A stretch of DNA of 64,000 nt from an uncultured Christensenella sp. (GTDB lineage Bacteria > Bacillota > Clostridia > Christensenellales > UBA1750). The stretch spans positions 2,527 through 66,526 of the forward strand of contig CAOKIU010000006.1 of the NCBI GenBank assembly GCA_948468595.1, read 5' to 3'. The notes beneath the pieces are model-generated. The model was given only the letters and a program-made list of their open reading frames with translations, was not told where the DNA came from and did not search any database. Each line of letters opens with the position of its first letter. Within the stretch, counting starts at the first letter, position 1. Of this stretch, positions 26,739 through 38,464 are shown piece after piece. A program made the translations under genes and the position numbers.

Positions 26739-27414
26739 TAGAGTTATATAATATTCTTTGCAAAATTATCGCGGCGAAGGGACGTACGCGCGAATTTTAT
26801 CCTATTTTGGCGTATACAAAAACTTTTAACATACATAATGCCTTGTTAACAAAACCTGTTTATTTTGTTTATAAGCAAAAAAGATGAAGGGGAGATGGAC
26901 GGAAAATGAGAAGAGTTTACGGACTGGTTCGGTGGATACTGCTTCAAATTTTGCAGAGCTATTTATCCGGCAGCGGATGGCGGGTCGATGGTGTCGCCCT
27001 GTACCTTTCAAGGTTGATCGACCGCTTGGACGCCGGCCACTACTGCGCCTGCAAATACTGCGCAAGTGCGCGGTGCGGCGAGCCGTATTTCTCGTGTCGG
27101 AACCAGTAGGCCGCCCCCTGGCGCGCGGAGGGAAGCGCCGCGCGCTTTACCGCTTTAGCGCTTGAATACGCGAATTGGTTTTTTGCATCGCACCGCGTTT
27201 TTTTGCGCGTGCGCGCGCGCAATAATTCGGTTTAGGGCCCCGCGTGCGTTGTTTTTGAAAAGATAATGTGGTAAAATAGCAAAAAATGAATGGACCGGCA
27301 AAGCTGACAATTTCAGCCTTCAGGCGGGATGCGGCTATACAAAGCGGCGCAAATGGTGTATAATGCGTGCGTAGATTGCCCGGCCCCTTGGACCGGTGAG
27401 GAGCTAGAATTTTA

Positions 27415-27885
27415 GTGAAAAAAATTTTGATTGCCGTGCTGGCGCTGTTGGCGGCAGGGGTAATGATGATTGCGATCCCGCTGTCGGGCCGGTTTGCGGT
27501 GATTCAATACAAGAGAAGAGTGGAGATGGACGCGCTGGCGGCGGAGGGCGAAGACGGCTGGCTGCGCGCGGAGCGCGGCGGGGTCGTGACCTTGCTGGAG
27601 GGCGACAACATCCGCCGCGTCACGCGCCTGATCACCCCCATCGAGTTGACGCGCGCCTATTCTCAGCGACAGGCGCAGGAAGAGATCCGGCTCACCTATT
27701 CCAGCGGCGATACCCTGCGCCTCCTATCCGATGCCGCGCGGGAGGACCGTGTGCTGATTGAATTTACCTCCGGCGGGCAGGACGCCCTCTTTGCCCTGGA
27801 GGGAAGGCATGTGTTGGAGGCATTGGAAGAGGCCGTCTCGCCCGAGGGATTTTCCGGCGCGAACACGGTTGTGGAAGGAGAATAA
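27415..27885 (+). CDS. membrane-anchored hypothetical protein
   Basis: GTG start after GAGGAG; N-terminal TM anchor KKILIAVLALLAAGVMMIAIPL; directly precedes the M3 peptidase gene. Confidence 0.55.
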   Translation: MKKILIAVLALLAAGVMMIAIPLSGRFAVIQYKRRVEMDALAAEGEDGWLRAERGGVVTLLEGDNIRRVTRLITPIELTRAYSQRQAQEEIRLTYSSGDTLRLLSDAAREDRVLIEFTSGGQDALFALEGRHVLEALEEAVSPEGFSGANTVVEGE

Positions 27886-27892
27886 AGGACGC

Positions 27893-29593
27893 ATGAAGTT
27901 TTCCCAAATGCCCTATGAGCGGCCCGACGCCCAGGCGCTTGAGCGCCTGTATGCCGAGGAAACGCGCCGCCTAGCGGCCGCGGCCAGCTTCGCGCAGGCA
28001 AACGAGGCCTTTCTGCGCGTGCAGGAGGCGGCCAAGCACCAGGAGACGATGGACGCCATCGCATCCATCCGCCACGATGTGGACACGCTGGACCCCTTCT
28101 ACAGCGCGGAGGTTGAAAACCAGGCCAAGACGGAGCCTCTGCTGAAAAAGAGTAAACATGCGTGGAACCAGGCGCTGTTGGCCAGCCCCTTCCTAAAGGA
28201 TTTTGAGCGCGCATACGGCCCGGTGCCCTTTGAAAACCTGCGCATGGAGTTTCGCGCTTTCTCGCCCGAGATTGTGGAGGACTTGCAGGAGGAAAACCGC
28301 CTCAGGATCGCCTACACCGACCTGATCGCCTCGGCGCAGATCGCGTTTGCGGGCGGAACCTACACCATCGCCCAGATGGGGCCCTTTAAGCAGGACCGCA
28401 ACGACGAAACGCGCCGCGCGGCCTGGGAGGCCGAGGGCGGCTGGTACGCGGCCCATGGAGAAGAGCTGGACGCCATCTACGATGATCTTGTCCGCGTGCG
28501 CACGCGCATGGCGCGCAAGCTGGGCTTTGAAAACTACATCCCCCTGGGGTACCTGAGGATGCAGCGCAACGGCTACGGTCGGGCGGAGGTGGAGGCGTTC
28601 CGCGCGGCGGTCCTGCGGCACCTCACGCCGGTGGCGGAGGAGGTCTGCCGCAGGCAGGCGGCGCGCATCGGCGCGGCCTACCCCCTCTCCTTCCCGGACG
28701 AGGCGCTCTTCTTCCGGGCGGGGAACGCGCAGCCCATCGGCAAACCCGAGGAGATCCTCTCCATGGGAAGGACCTTCTACCACGAGCTGTCCGAGGAAAC
28801 CAAGGCGTTTATCGACGTGATGCTGGACGGCGAGCTGATGGATGTCAAGGCGAAAAAGGGCAAGGCGGGCGGCGGCTACTGCACCAGCCTGCCCGATTAC
28901 AAGGTGCCCTTCATCTTTGCCAACTTCAACGGCACCCAGCACGACGTGGAGGTCATCACCCACGAGGCGGGGCATGCCTTTGCCGCCTACACGGCCCGGG
29001 ACGTCGTTCCCTTTGAAAGCCAGTGGCCGTCGCTGGAGAGCTGCGAGATTCACTCCATGAGCATGGAGTTCTTCTCCTGGCCCTGGGCGGAGGGATTCTT
29101 CGGCGCGCAGGCGGATCGGTTCCGCTACAAGCACCTGTCGGACGCCCTGACCTTCATTCCCTACGGCTGCATGGTGGACCACTTTCAGCATGTCGTCTAC
29201 GAAAAGCCGGAGCTCGGGCCCGAGGGCCGGCACGAGGTATGGCGCCAGCTGCTTAAGCAGTACATGCCCTGGATGCGGCTGGACGGCACGCCCTTTTACG
29301 GGGAGGGCAAGGGCTGGCAGCGCCAGCAGCACATCTACCGCACCCCGTTTTACTACATCGACTACTGCCTGGCGCAGACCGTGGCGCTGCAATTCTGGGT
29401 GCGAATGCAGCAGGATCGCGGCGATGCCTGGGCGCGGTACATGGACCTGATGCGCTTGGCGGGCACGCAGCCCTTCCGCGCGCTGGTCCAGGCGGCGGGG
29501 CTTGAGGTTCCCTTTGTGCAGAGCGCGCTTGCCCAGGTCGCGTCCGCCGCCCGCGCGTATCTGGACGCCTTCCCCAAGGACGCGCTGCAATGA
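27893..29593 (+). CDS. M3-family oligoendopeptidase (PepF-like)
   Basis: Start moved to ATG 27893 (MKFSQMPYERPD...); HEAGHAF zinc motif; 566 aa. Confidence 0.8.
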   Translation: MKFSQMPYERPDAQALERLYAEETRRLAAAASFAQANEAFLRVQEAAKHQETMDAIASIRHDVDTLDPFYSAEVENQAKTEPLLKKSKHAWNQALLASPFLKDFERAYGPVPFENLRMEFRAFSPEIVEDLQEENRLRIAYTDLIASAQIAFAGGTYTIAQMGPFKQDRNDETRRAAWEAEGGWYAAHGEELDAIYDDLVRVRTRMARKLGFENYIPLGYLRMQRNGYGRAEVEAFRAAVLRHLTPVAEEVCRRQAARIGAAYPLSFPDEALFFRAGNAQPIGKPEEILSMGRTFYHELSEETKAFIDVMLDGELMDVKAKKGKAGGGYCTSLPDYKVPFIFANFNGTQHDVEVITHEAGHAFAAYTARDVVPFESQWPSLESCEIHSMSMEFFSWPWAEGFFGAQADRFRYKHLSDALTFIPYGCMVDHFQHVVYEKPELGPEGRHEVWRQLLKQYMPWMRLDGTPFYGEGKGWQRQQHIYRTPFYYIDYCLAQTVALQFWVRMQQDRGDAWARYMDLMRLAGTQPFRALVQAAGLEVPFVQSALAQVASAARAYLDAFPKDALQ

Positions 29594-30141
29594 CGGGGAA
29601 CACGCGCTTTGGCCGGGGCCGGTACAACGCCGATTACGCCCCCGACGCCTCCGGGCGGTACCGCTATGTGGGCTCCCTGTTTGCGGTGGACCTGCCCGCC
29701 GGCAAGGCGCGCGGGCGAAAGGCGCAGCTTGCGGCGCTCTGGGCGCTGTCCGCCGCGTCGTTCGCGCTGGGCGGGGCCGGCAATGGGGTCACGGCGCGCA
29801 CCTTCTATGCGCTGCTGCCCCTGGTGTGCTGCCTTATGCCCGTCTTCTACTTCGCCCTGGGGCTGTCAAAATGGCTGCTGACCAAGGGAGAAATGACGCG
29901 CAAGGGCGTGGATGAGAGCTTTGTCCGCATGAGGCACAGCGCCGCCGGCCTGATCCTTTGCGCGGGGCTGGCGCTTGCGGGCGGAATCGCCGCCTGCGCG
30001 GCGCGCGGCGCGCTTGCGACGGAGCTGCCCTTTCTGCTTGCCGCCGGCGCGATGCTCGCCCTGTCGCTGACGGAGTACCTCGTGCTAAAACGCATTCCCC
30101 TGCGCGAAATACCGCGATCCCAGTGGGAACAAAACCCATAG
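29590..30141 (+). CDS. membrane protein, unknown function
   Basis: ATGA overlap with the peptidase stop; four hydrophobic segments. Confidence 0.5.
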   Translation: MTGNTRFGRGRYNADYAPDASGRYRYVGSLFAVDLPAGKARGRKAQLAALWALSAASFALGGAGNGVTARTFYALLPLVCCLMPVFYFALGLSKWLLTKGEMTRKGVDESFVRMRHSAAGLILCAGLALAGGIAACAARGALATELPFLLAAGAMLALSLTEYLVLKRIPLREIPRSQWEQNP

Positions 30142-30149
30142 AGCGCGCG

Positions 30150-30220
30150 ATTTTGTCCCGCGCGCTACGCCCGCGGGACAAAATAAACCCGCGCAGCAGA
30201 CCTACGGCCTGCTGCGCGGG
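30150..30220 (+). terminator. two consecutive strong hairpins (13-bp and 12-bp stems)
   Basis: ATTTTGTCCCGCG/CGCGGGACAAAAT (30150-30184) and CCCGCGCAGCAG/CTGCTGCGCGGG (30188-30220). Confidence 0.6.
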
Positions 30221-30369
30221 CCGGAATCCTGCAAAACGCAAGTCTCGGCCGCAAGGCCGGACGCCGCCTTTGCGCGGCGATTCCCCGGGGAGTTAGTCCC
30301 CGCAGTCGGTTTGTAAAGCGCCAAAGCGGCGCTATACAATAAATGAAAAGGAAAAAAGGAGGAATACCC

Positions 30370-32853
30370 ATGAAAAACCGTACCTTTGCGCGTGCTATTG
30401 CGCTGGTGCTGGTGCTGGGCATGGCCGTGATGATGTTATCCGCCTGCCAGAAAGCGCCGGTCGAGCCGTCCGCCGCGCCCAACGAGAGCACGGCGCCCAC
30501 GGAATCCACGGAGCCGTCCGCTCAGCCGGATGGCGCGCAGACGCCCCTTGTGGTGGGCTACAGCCCCTTCTCTGAGAAATTCAGCACGTTCTACGCGGAC
30601 ACCGCCTATGACCAGGACGTGGTGGACATCACGCAGGTGAGCCTGCTGACCACCGACCGCACCGGCGGCATTATTTATAACGCCATTGAGGGCGAAACCG
30701 TGCCCTACAACGGCACGGACTACACCTACTACGGCCCGGCCGACATCACCGTCGAGCAGATCGAGGACGGGACCACGACCTACACCGCCAAGCTTAGGCA
30801 GGACATCACCTTCTCCGACGGCACGCCCATGACCGCGGACGACGTGATCTTCACCTATTACGTGTTCTGCGATCCGGCCTATGTCGGCTCCGCGACGCTG
30901 AATTCCTACGGCATCGTGGGCCTTAAGGACTACCAGACCCAGACCACCAGCGAGGTCTACGACAAGTACAACGCGATCTTTGACGCGCTGCTTGCGCTGC
31001 CCGCGGATGGCGACGCGACCGCTGCCGGCGGCACGGCCGAGCAGCTTCAGTGGCTCACCACCAAGATGGAGGAGCTGTGGCGCGCCGACGTGCAGGGCAT
31101 TTCGGACTACGTGCTCAACAACTACGCCGCGGACTACGCCGAGGCGCAGATCGGCAAGACGGCCGACGAGGTCAAGGCGGACGCGGGACTCCAGGCGGGC
31201 CTGGCCATGTCCATGTGGGGCTTTGGCGCCTATGAAGAGGGCACGCTGACCGGCGCCTCCGGCGCGACGTGGGATATTGCCGGCGGCACCTACCCCACCT
31301 TTGACGATCTTTACAACGAAGTCGTCAAAAAGTACAACGGCGATGCGGCCGCTTATGTTGCGGCGGGCGAATCCGCGGTGGAGGCGGACATCGTCTCCGA
31401 CGCGCGCGGCGCCTTCATCCGCGAGTTCGGCGCCAAGGACGAGTCCATGACCGGCGGCGGCGTGGCCAACATCGCGGGCATCAAGAAGGTGGACGATTAC
31501 ACCGTCAGCGTCACCACCGAGGGCTACGAGGCCCCCGCCATCTACAGCATCATGAGCATTCAGGTCGCCTCCCTGGATTACTACGGCGACCGCGCCCAGT
31601 ACGACTACGAGAACAATCAGTTCGGCCACCCCTTCGGCGACCTGAGCATGATTGAGAGCAAGACCACCCAGCCCATGGGCGCCGGCCCCTACAAGTTCGT
31701 CAAGTACGAAAACAAGGTCGTCTACTTTGAGGCCAACGAGAACTACTACCTCGGCGCGCCCAAGACCAAGTACCTCCAGTTCAAGGAGGGCGACGACAAG
31801 GACAAGATCCCCGGCGTTGGCACCGGCACCCTGGACATTGCCGATCCCTCCTTCTCCAGCGAGGCTGTGGAGGAGATCTCCTCCTACAACAGCAACGGCG
31901 AGCTGACGGGCGATACCATCGCCACCGTCACCGTGGATAACCTGGGCTACGGCTACATCGGCCTGAACGCCGATACCATGAACGTGGGCGGCGATCCCGA
32001 TTCCGAAGAGTCCAAGAACCTGCGCCGCGCCTATGCGACGCTGATGTCCGCTTACCGTGAAGTCGCCATCGACTCCTACTACGGCGAGCGCGCCTCGGTC
32101 ATCAACTACCCCATTTCCAACACCTCCTGGGCCGCGCCCCAGAAGACCGACGCGGACTACAAGCCCGCCTTCTCCGTTAAGGTGGACGGCAGCGACATCT
32201 ACACCGCGGAGATGACCTCCGAGGAGAAGCAGGCGGCGGCCCTTGCGGCGGCGGTCGAGTTCTTCAAGGCCGCGGGCTTTACCTACGACGAGGCTTCCGG
32301 CAAGTTCACCGCCGCGCCCGACGGCGCCAAGATGGAGTACGAGCTGCTCATCCCCGGCGACGGCGCTGGCGATCACCCCTCCTTTATGATCGCCACCATG
32401 CTCAAGCAGGCGCTGGAGTCCATCGGCATGAACCTCATCATCAACGACCTGTCCGATTCCACCATCCTGTGGGATAAGCTGGACGCCGGCGTCCAGGAGA
32501 TCTGGTGCGCGGCTTGGAACGCCACCATCGATCCGGACATGTATCAGACCTACCACTCCTCCGGCATTGTCGGCAGGAACGGCTCTGACTCCAACCACTA
32601 TCACCTCGACAGCCCGGAGCTGGACCAGCTGATTGTGGACGCCAGAGCCTCTGACGACCAGGCCTACCGCAAGACGGTCTACAAGGCCTGCCTGGACGAG
32701 ATCATCAGCTGGGCGGTTGAGGTTCCGGTCTATCAGCGCCAGAACTGCTACATCTACTCCGCGCAGCGCATCAACATGGATACCCTTGCCAAGGACACCA
32801 CCACCTTCTACGATTTCTTCCGTGAGATCGAGAATCTGGAGATGGCCAAGTAA
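30370..32853 (+). CDS. ABC transporter substrate-binding lipoprotein, peptide/nickel (family 5) type, unusually long (827 aa)
   Basis: GGAGGAA before ATG 30370; lipobox LSAC; followed by OppBCDF-type genes. Confidence 0.7.
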   Translation: MKNRTFARAIALVLVLGMAVMMLSACQKAPVEPSAAPNESTAPTESTEPSAQPDGAQTPLVVGYSPFSEKFSTFYADTAYDQDVVDITQVSLLTTDRTGGIIYNAIEGETVPYNGTDYTYYGPADITVEQIEDGTTTYTAKLRQDITFSDGTPMTADDVIFTYYVFCDPAYVGSATLNSYGIVGLKDYQTQTTSEVYDKYNAIFDALLALPADGDATAAGGTAEQLQWLTTKMEELWRADVQGISDYVLNNYAADYAEAQIGKTADEVKADAGLQAGLAMSMWGFGAYEEGTLTGASGATWDIAGGTYPTFDDLYNEVVKKYNGDAAAYVAAGESAVEADIVSDARGAFIREFGAKDESMTGGGVANIAGIKKVDDYTVSVTTEGYEAPAIYSIMSIQVASLDYYGDRAQYDYENNQFGHPFGDLSMIESKTTQPMGAGPYKFVKYENKVVYFEANENYYLGAPKTKYLQFKEGDDKDKIPGVGTGTLDIADPSFSSEAVEEISSYNSNGELTGDTIATVTVDNLGYGYIGLNADTMNVGGDPDSEESKNLRRAYATLMSAYREVAIDSYYGERASVINYPISNTSWAAPQKTDADYKPAFSVKVDGSDIYTAEMTSEEKQAAALAAAVEFFKAAGFTYDEASGKFTAAPDGAKMEYELLIPGDGAGDHPSFMIATMLKQALESIGMNLIINDLSDSTILWDKLDAGVQEIWCAAWNATIDPDMYQTYHSSGIVGRNGSDSNHYHLDSPELDQLIVDARASDDQAYRKTVYKACLDEIISWAVEVPVYQRQNCYIYSAQRINMDTLAKDTTTFYDFFREIENLEMAK

Positions 32854-32876
32854 AACCTCCCCGCCTTACGTTTAAG

Positions 32877-32939
32877 GCGCAATTGGCGAACATGAGCCTA
32901 TCTTGAAAAACGAAGATGGGCTCATGTCTGCAATTGCGC
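32877..32939 (+). other. long imperfect inverted repeat between the binding-protein and permease genes
   Basis: GCGCAATTGGCGAACATGAGCCTATCTT...AAGATGGGCTCATGTCTGCAATTGCGC; no U tract. Confidence 0.6.
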
Positions 32940-33090
32940 GCTTGCACTCAATGGGAAAACATGGTCGCAAAGGAAAGAAAAAAGCACCCTGCCCCTTGCA
33001 GAGGCTTGCCCCTTCCGTATTCGCCTTGGGCTCAGGCACGGAAAGGGCAGGTCTCTGGGGATAGATCATCATGCAAAAGGGACTGATCGA

Positions 33091-34080
33091 ATGTCAAAAT
33101 ACATCATCAAGCGTCTGCTCATCAGCGTAGTGATTCTCTTTTTCGTTACGCTCATCCTTTACTCCGTCATGCGCTGCATCCCCACCAGCTATGTCGAGTC
33201 CGTGGCCCGGGAGCGCGCATCCATCCCCGGCGGAAAGAGCTACCAGGAGTGGCTCACGCAGCTCAACGCCGCCTACGGCTTTGACCGCGGCATCCTCGCC
33301 GGCTACTTTACCAATTGGCTGCCCACCGCCATCCGCGGCGACTTTGGCGACAGCTGGTATTTCAACATCCCGGTTGTGGAGAAGTTCAACAACGTCATTT
33401 GGAACAGCTTTGCCCTGGGCGCGCTCTCCTTTGTGCTGGAGCTGCTCATCGCCATTCCGCTGGGCATCCTGGCGGCGCGCAAGCAGTACTCCAAGACCGA
33501 TTACGCCGTAACCGTCTTTGCCCTGATCGGCATCTCGCTGCCCACCTTCTTCTTTGCCACGATCCTAAAGTACGTGCTGTCGGTTAAGCTGGGCTGGCTG
33601 GACCTGTTCGGCCAGGTGGGCCGCTACTATGAGCAACTGGATACCTGGGGCAAGATTTTGGACGTGGCCAAGCACTACATCATGCCGGTGATCACCCTGG
33701 TCATCGTCTCCATCGGCAGTCTGATGCGCTACACGCGCACCAACATGCTGGAGGTGTTAAACGCCGATTACATCCGCACCGCCCGGGCCAAGGGCGTTTC
33801 GGAGAACAAGGTGATCAATTATCACGCCTTCCGCAACACGCTCATTCCCATCGTCACCATTGTCGGCGGCACCATCCCCAGCCTCTTTGCCGGCGCGCTC
33901 ATCACCGAGACGCTGTTCCAAATCGAGGGCATCGGCTGGACGTCGTATCAGGCCATGATCGCCGGCGACATTCCGTTTTCCATGTTCTACATGACGTTTT
34001 CCGCAATACTGACGCTCCTGGGCACGCTGATTGCCGACATCCTGTATGCGGTGGTCGATCCCCGGGTGCGCGTGGCATAA
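33091..34080 (+). CDS. ABC transporter permease (OppB/DppB type)
   Basis: 329 aa, six TM segments, EAA-like loop YIRTARAKGVSENKVINYHAFRN. Confidence 0.85.
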   Translation: MSKYIIKRLLISVVILFFVTLILYSVMRCIPTSYVESVARERASIPGGKSYQEWLTQLNAAYGFDRGILAGYFTNWLPTAIRGDFGDSWYFNIPVVEKFNNVIWNSFALGALSFVLELLIAIPLGILAARKQYSKTDYAVTVFALIGISLPTFFFATILKYVLSVKLGWLDLFGQVGRYYEQLDTWGKILDVAKHYIMPVITLVIVSIGSLMRYTRTNMLEVLNADYIRTARAKGVSENKVINYHAFRNTLIPIVTIVGGTIPSLFAGALITETLFQIEGIGWTSYQAMIAGDIPFSMFYMTFSAILTLLGTLIADILYAVVDPRVRVA

Positions 34081-34096
34081 GGAAGGAGGAGCAGCT

Positions 34097-35809
34097 TTGG
34101 CAGAGGACAAAAAGAACAACGCTTCCCGCGCCGGCACGCTGGACGACGAACAGCGCGTCAAGGTGCTCTCGCCTTCCATGCTGGTGTTCAAGCGGTTCAT
34201 CCGCAACCGCCTGGCCATTGTGGGCGTGATATTCATCCTGTTTATGTTCCTGTTCTCCTTTGTGGGCGGCTGGATCTCGCCCTATGGAGAGGACGAGGTC
34301 TTTACCCATTATCAAGGTCTGGAAAAGGACTACGCCTCGGTGACCGTCAGCAGCGACTACCGCTACACGCCTTTCGAGGGCGCGCAGTTTCCCTCCATCG
34401 CCCAGTCCAAGTTCATTCTCGCCCTCAACACCGGCAAGACGGACTTTGAGGCGCAGAATCAGAACTACTCCATTGAGGAGCGGGGCGAGGATCTTTATGT
34501 GATCAACGGCCTTACGCAGGTGCTCAAGGGCATCTCCAACAAGATGAACACCAAGCTACAGCCCGTTTCGGACGCCAGCCTGCCCGAGGGGCTTTTGGAG
34601 GCCGCCAATCAAGCCGTGGGCGAGGGGCTGGAGCGCTTTACGCACCAGGACGTGGAGTACGTCGTCAGCAAGGAGGGCAAGGAGGTGCGCGTGGGCAGCG
34701 CGGCGCCGGTGGCCCTGGCATCCAAGAAGGTCTACGACGCCAAGGACGGCGCGGCGCAGATGAGCTTTGCCTTCCGCCTGGCGGCCGAGACCGCCATAAA
34801 CGAAGGCCGCCTAAGCTTTGAGGCGGACGGGAGGACCTACCAACTGGAAATCGATCCGGAGGTGGGCGCCACCGTGACCCTTGACGGCGAGATCTACGCC
34901 CTGATTTCGAACATGGTGGTCAACTCCTACATCTCCGGCCAGAACCTGACGCTGGAATTCAAGGACGCCGCCAAGGAGGCCATCGCCGCGGACGCGACGG
35001 AGTTTACCCACGAGGGCCAGGAGTACGCCGTCTACCGCAACAACAACGTCTGGGACATCAAGGCCGAGACGCAGACGCTGGTGGTCAACGCCTATGAGGC
35101 GCCGTCCGGCGCGCACTGGCTGGGCACCGACGGCAACGGCATGGACCTGCTCACGCGCATCATGTACGGCGGCCGCGTATCGCTCATCATCGGCTTTATC
35201 GTGGTGTTCATCGCCGCGCTTCTGGGCGTGGTGCTGGGCGGCATGGCGGGGTATTTCTCCGGCTGGGTGGACGGCCTGATCATGCGCATTGTGGATATTT
35301 TCAACTGCATCCCCTCAACGCCGCTGATCATCATTCTGGGCTCCATCATGGACGCCCAGCGCGTCAACCCGCAGATCCGCATGATCTACCTGATGCTCAT
35401 CCTGGGCTTCCTGTCCTGGCCGGGCGTGGCGCGCATAGTGCGCGGGCAGATCCTCTCCCTGCGCGAGCAGGAGTTCATGACCGCGACCGAGGCTTGCGGC
35501 CTGTCCATCTCGCACCGGATCTTCCGCCACTTGGTGCCCAACGTCATTCCCCAGCTCATCGTCATCTGCACGATGGACCTGGGCTCCACCATCATCACCG
35601 AGTCCACGCTCTCCTTCCTGGGCCTGGGCGTCAAATTCCCCTTCGCGTCCTGGGGCAACATCATCAGCGCGGTCAGCACCGTTCACGTCATGACCAATTA
35701 CTGGTTTGTCTGGATTCCGGCTGGCCTGTGCATCCTTTTGACCGTGCTGGGCTTTAACTTCATCGGCGACGGCCTGCGGGATGCGTTTGACCCGAAGATG
35801 AAGCGATAA
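34097..35809 (+). CDS. ABC transporter permease (OppC/DppC type) with a ~290 aa insertion after TM1
   Basis: TTG 34097 after GGAAGGAGGAG. The conserved HWLGTDGNGMDLLTRIMYGGRVSL block appears only about 330 aa into the protein; the C-terminal permease core is typical. Confidence 0.75.
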   Translation: MAEDKKNNASRAGTLDDEQRVKVLSPSMLVFKRFIRNRLAIVGVIFILFMFLFSFVGGWISPYGEDEVFTHYQGLEKDYASVTVSSDYRYTPFEGAQFPSIAQSKFILALNTGKTDFEAQNQNYSIEERGEDLYVINGLTQVLKGISNKMNTKLQPVSDASLPEGLLEAANQAVGEGLERFTHQDVEYVVSKEGKEVRVGSAAPVALASKKVYDAKDGAAQMSFAFRLAAETAINEGRLSFEADGRTYQLEIDPEVGATVTLDGEIYALISNMVVNSYISGQNLTLEFKDAAKEAIAADATEFTHEGQEYAVYRNNNVWDIKAETQTLVVNAYEAPSGAHWLGTDGNGMDLLTRIMYGGRVSLIIGFIVVFIAALLGVVLGGMAGYFSGWVDGLIMRIVDIFNCIPSTPLIIILGSIMDAQRVNPQIRMIYLMLILGFLSWPGVARIVRGQILSLREQEFMTATEACGLSISHRIFRHLVPNVIPQLIVICTMDLGSTIITESTLSFLGLGVKFPFASWGNIISAVSTVHVMTNYWFVWIPAGLCILLTVLGFNFIGDGLRDAFDPKMKR

Positions 35810-35821
35810 GGAGGGGGAACC

Positions 35822-36972
<1,151 letters not shown>

Positions 36973-36976
<4 letters not shown>

Positions 36977-38031
36977 GCATGGCAAAGATGACCGTAGAGA
37001 ATACCTTTGAGCCTCTTGTCCACGATCCGCAAAACGTGCTGGAGGTCAACAAGCTCAAAAAGTACTTTCCCATCAAGGAAGGATTGCTGCAAAGGACGGT
37101 AGGCTATGTGCGCGCGGTGGACGGCATCAGCTTCAACATCAAGCGCGGCACCACCATGGGCCTGGTGGGCGAATCGGGCTGCGGTAAGACCACCGTGGGC
37201 CGCACCATCCTGCGCCTGACCGATAAGACCGGGGGCGAAGTGCTCTTTGACGGCCGCGAGGTGCATAAGCTCACCAAGGCGGAGCTGCGCGCCCTGCGCC
37301 CCAAGATGCAGATCATCTTCCAGGACCCCTACTCCAGCCTTTCGCCCCGCCTGCCCATCGGCGAGATCGTGGGCGAGGCGGTCCGCGAGCACGGCATCGT
37401 GCCCAAGGAGGAGTTCAACGACTACATTGACCACATCATGAGCGAGTGCGGCTTGCAGCCCTATCACCGCGACCGCTACCCGCATGAGTTTTCCGGCGGC
37501 CAGCGCCAGCGCATCTGCATTGCGCGCGCTCTGGCGCTGGGACCGGAGTTCGTCGTCTGCGACGAGCCGGTTTCCGCCCTGGATGTCTCCATCCAGGCGC
37601 AGATCATCAACCTCCTGCGCGACTTGCAGCAGGAGCACAACCTGACGTACCTGTTCATCTCGCACGACCTTTCGGTGGTGGAGCACATCTCCGACACCAT
37701 CGGCGTGATGTACCTGGGCAGCCTGGTGGAGTTCGGCGCCAAGGAGGACATCTTCCGGCAGCCCCTGCACCCCTATACCCAGGCGCTGTTCTCCGCCATC
37801 CCGGTGCCGGACCCCTCAAGCAAGATGAACCGCATCGTGCTGGAGGGGAGCATCCCCTCGCCCGCCAATCCGCCCAGCGGTTGCAAGTTCCACACCCGGT
37901 GCAAGCACTGCATGGAGAAGTGCAAGACCGAGGCGCCGGAACCCAGGGAGATCGAGCCGGGACACTTTGTGGTGTGCCATCTGTACGACAGCGAGCCCGA
38001 GCGCAAGGCGGAATCCGCCAAGGCCGAATAG
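36973..38031 (+). CDS. ABC transporter ATP-binding protein (OppF type)
   Basis: [39 protein letters not shown]. Confidence 0.85.
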
Positions 38032-38043
38032 AAAGGAAGCTCC

Positions 38044-38295
38044 ATGCCAAAGAAGAAGCCCCGCTTTGAGGACCTGGACGATGGCCGCCCCATCGCCAAC
38101 ATGAACGTAGAGGGCATGCCCTGGTACGCCCGGGAGGAGGATGCCGACGGCCAGGAGAGCCCTCCGCCCCTGGGCAGGCGCGAGACGCGGCGCTTTATCG
38201 CGAACGCGCTGCTGGCGACGCTGGCGGTAGCCGGCGTGTTCCTCTTGGCGGCGGCGCTGTTCATCCTCTTTTGTACAAAGGTGTGGTTTCGGTAA
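38044..38295 (+). CDS. small single-pass membrane protein
   Basis: 83 aa, acidic N-terminal half, C-terminal TM helix; 12 nt after the ABC ATPase gene. Confidence 0.5.
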   Translation: MPKKKPRFEDLDDGRPIANMNVEGMPWYAREEDADGQESPPPLGRRETRRFIANALLATLAVAGVFLLAAALFILFCTKVWFR

Positions 38296-38303
38296 GTGAA
38301 GTA

Positions 38304-38339
38304 AAAGAGCAAAGCAAGGCGCTTTGCTCTTTTATTTTT
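38304..38339 (+). terminator. rho-independent terminator of the ABC operon
   Basis: AAAGAGCAAAGC / GCTTTGCTCTTT stem followed by TATTTTT. Confidence 0.8.
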
Positions 38340-38349
38340 GAATAAATCA

Positions 38350-38378
38350 TTGACAATTTGTAAAAAATACGTTAATAT
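38350..38378 (+). promoter_or_regulatory. strong sigma70/SigA-type promoter
   Basis: TTGACA, 17 nt spacer, TAATAT in an AT-rich spacer region. Confidence 0.65.
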
Positions 38379-38464
38379 TAAATAAACTGAAATAAGGAAG
38401 ATGATACCAATGGTTGTGTTTAATGACCGCATGGTAGCTATGAACAGAAAAAGGAGTAAGCAAC

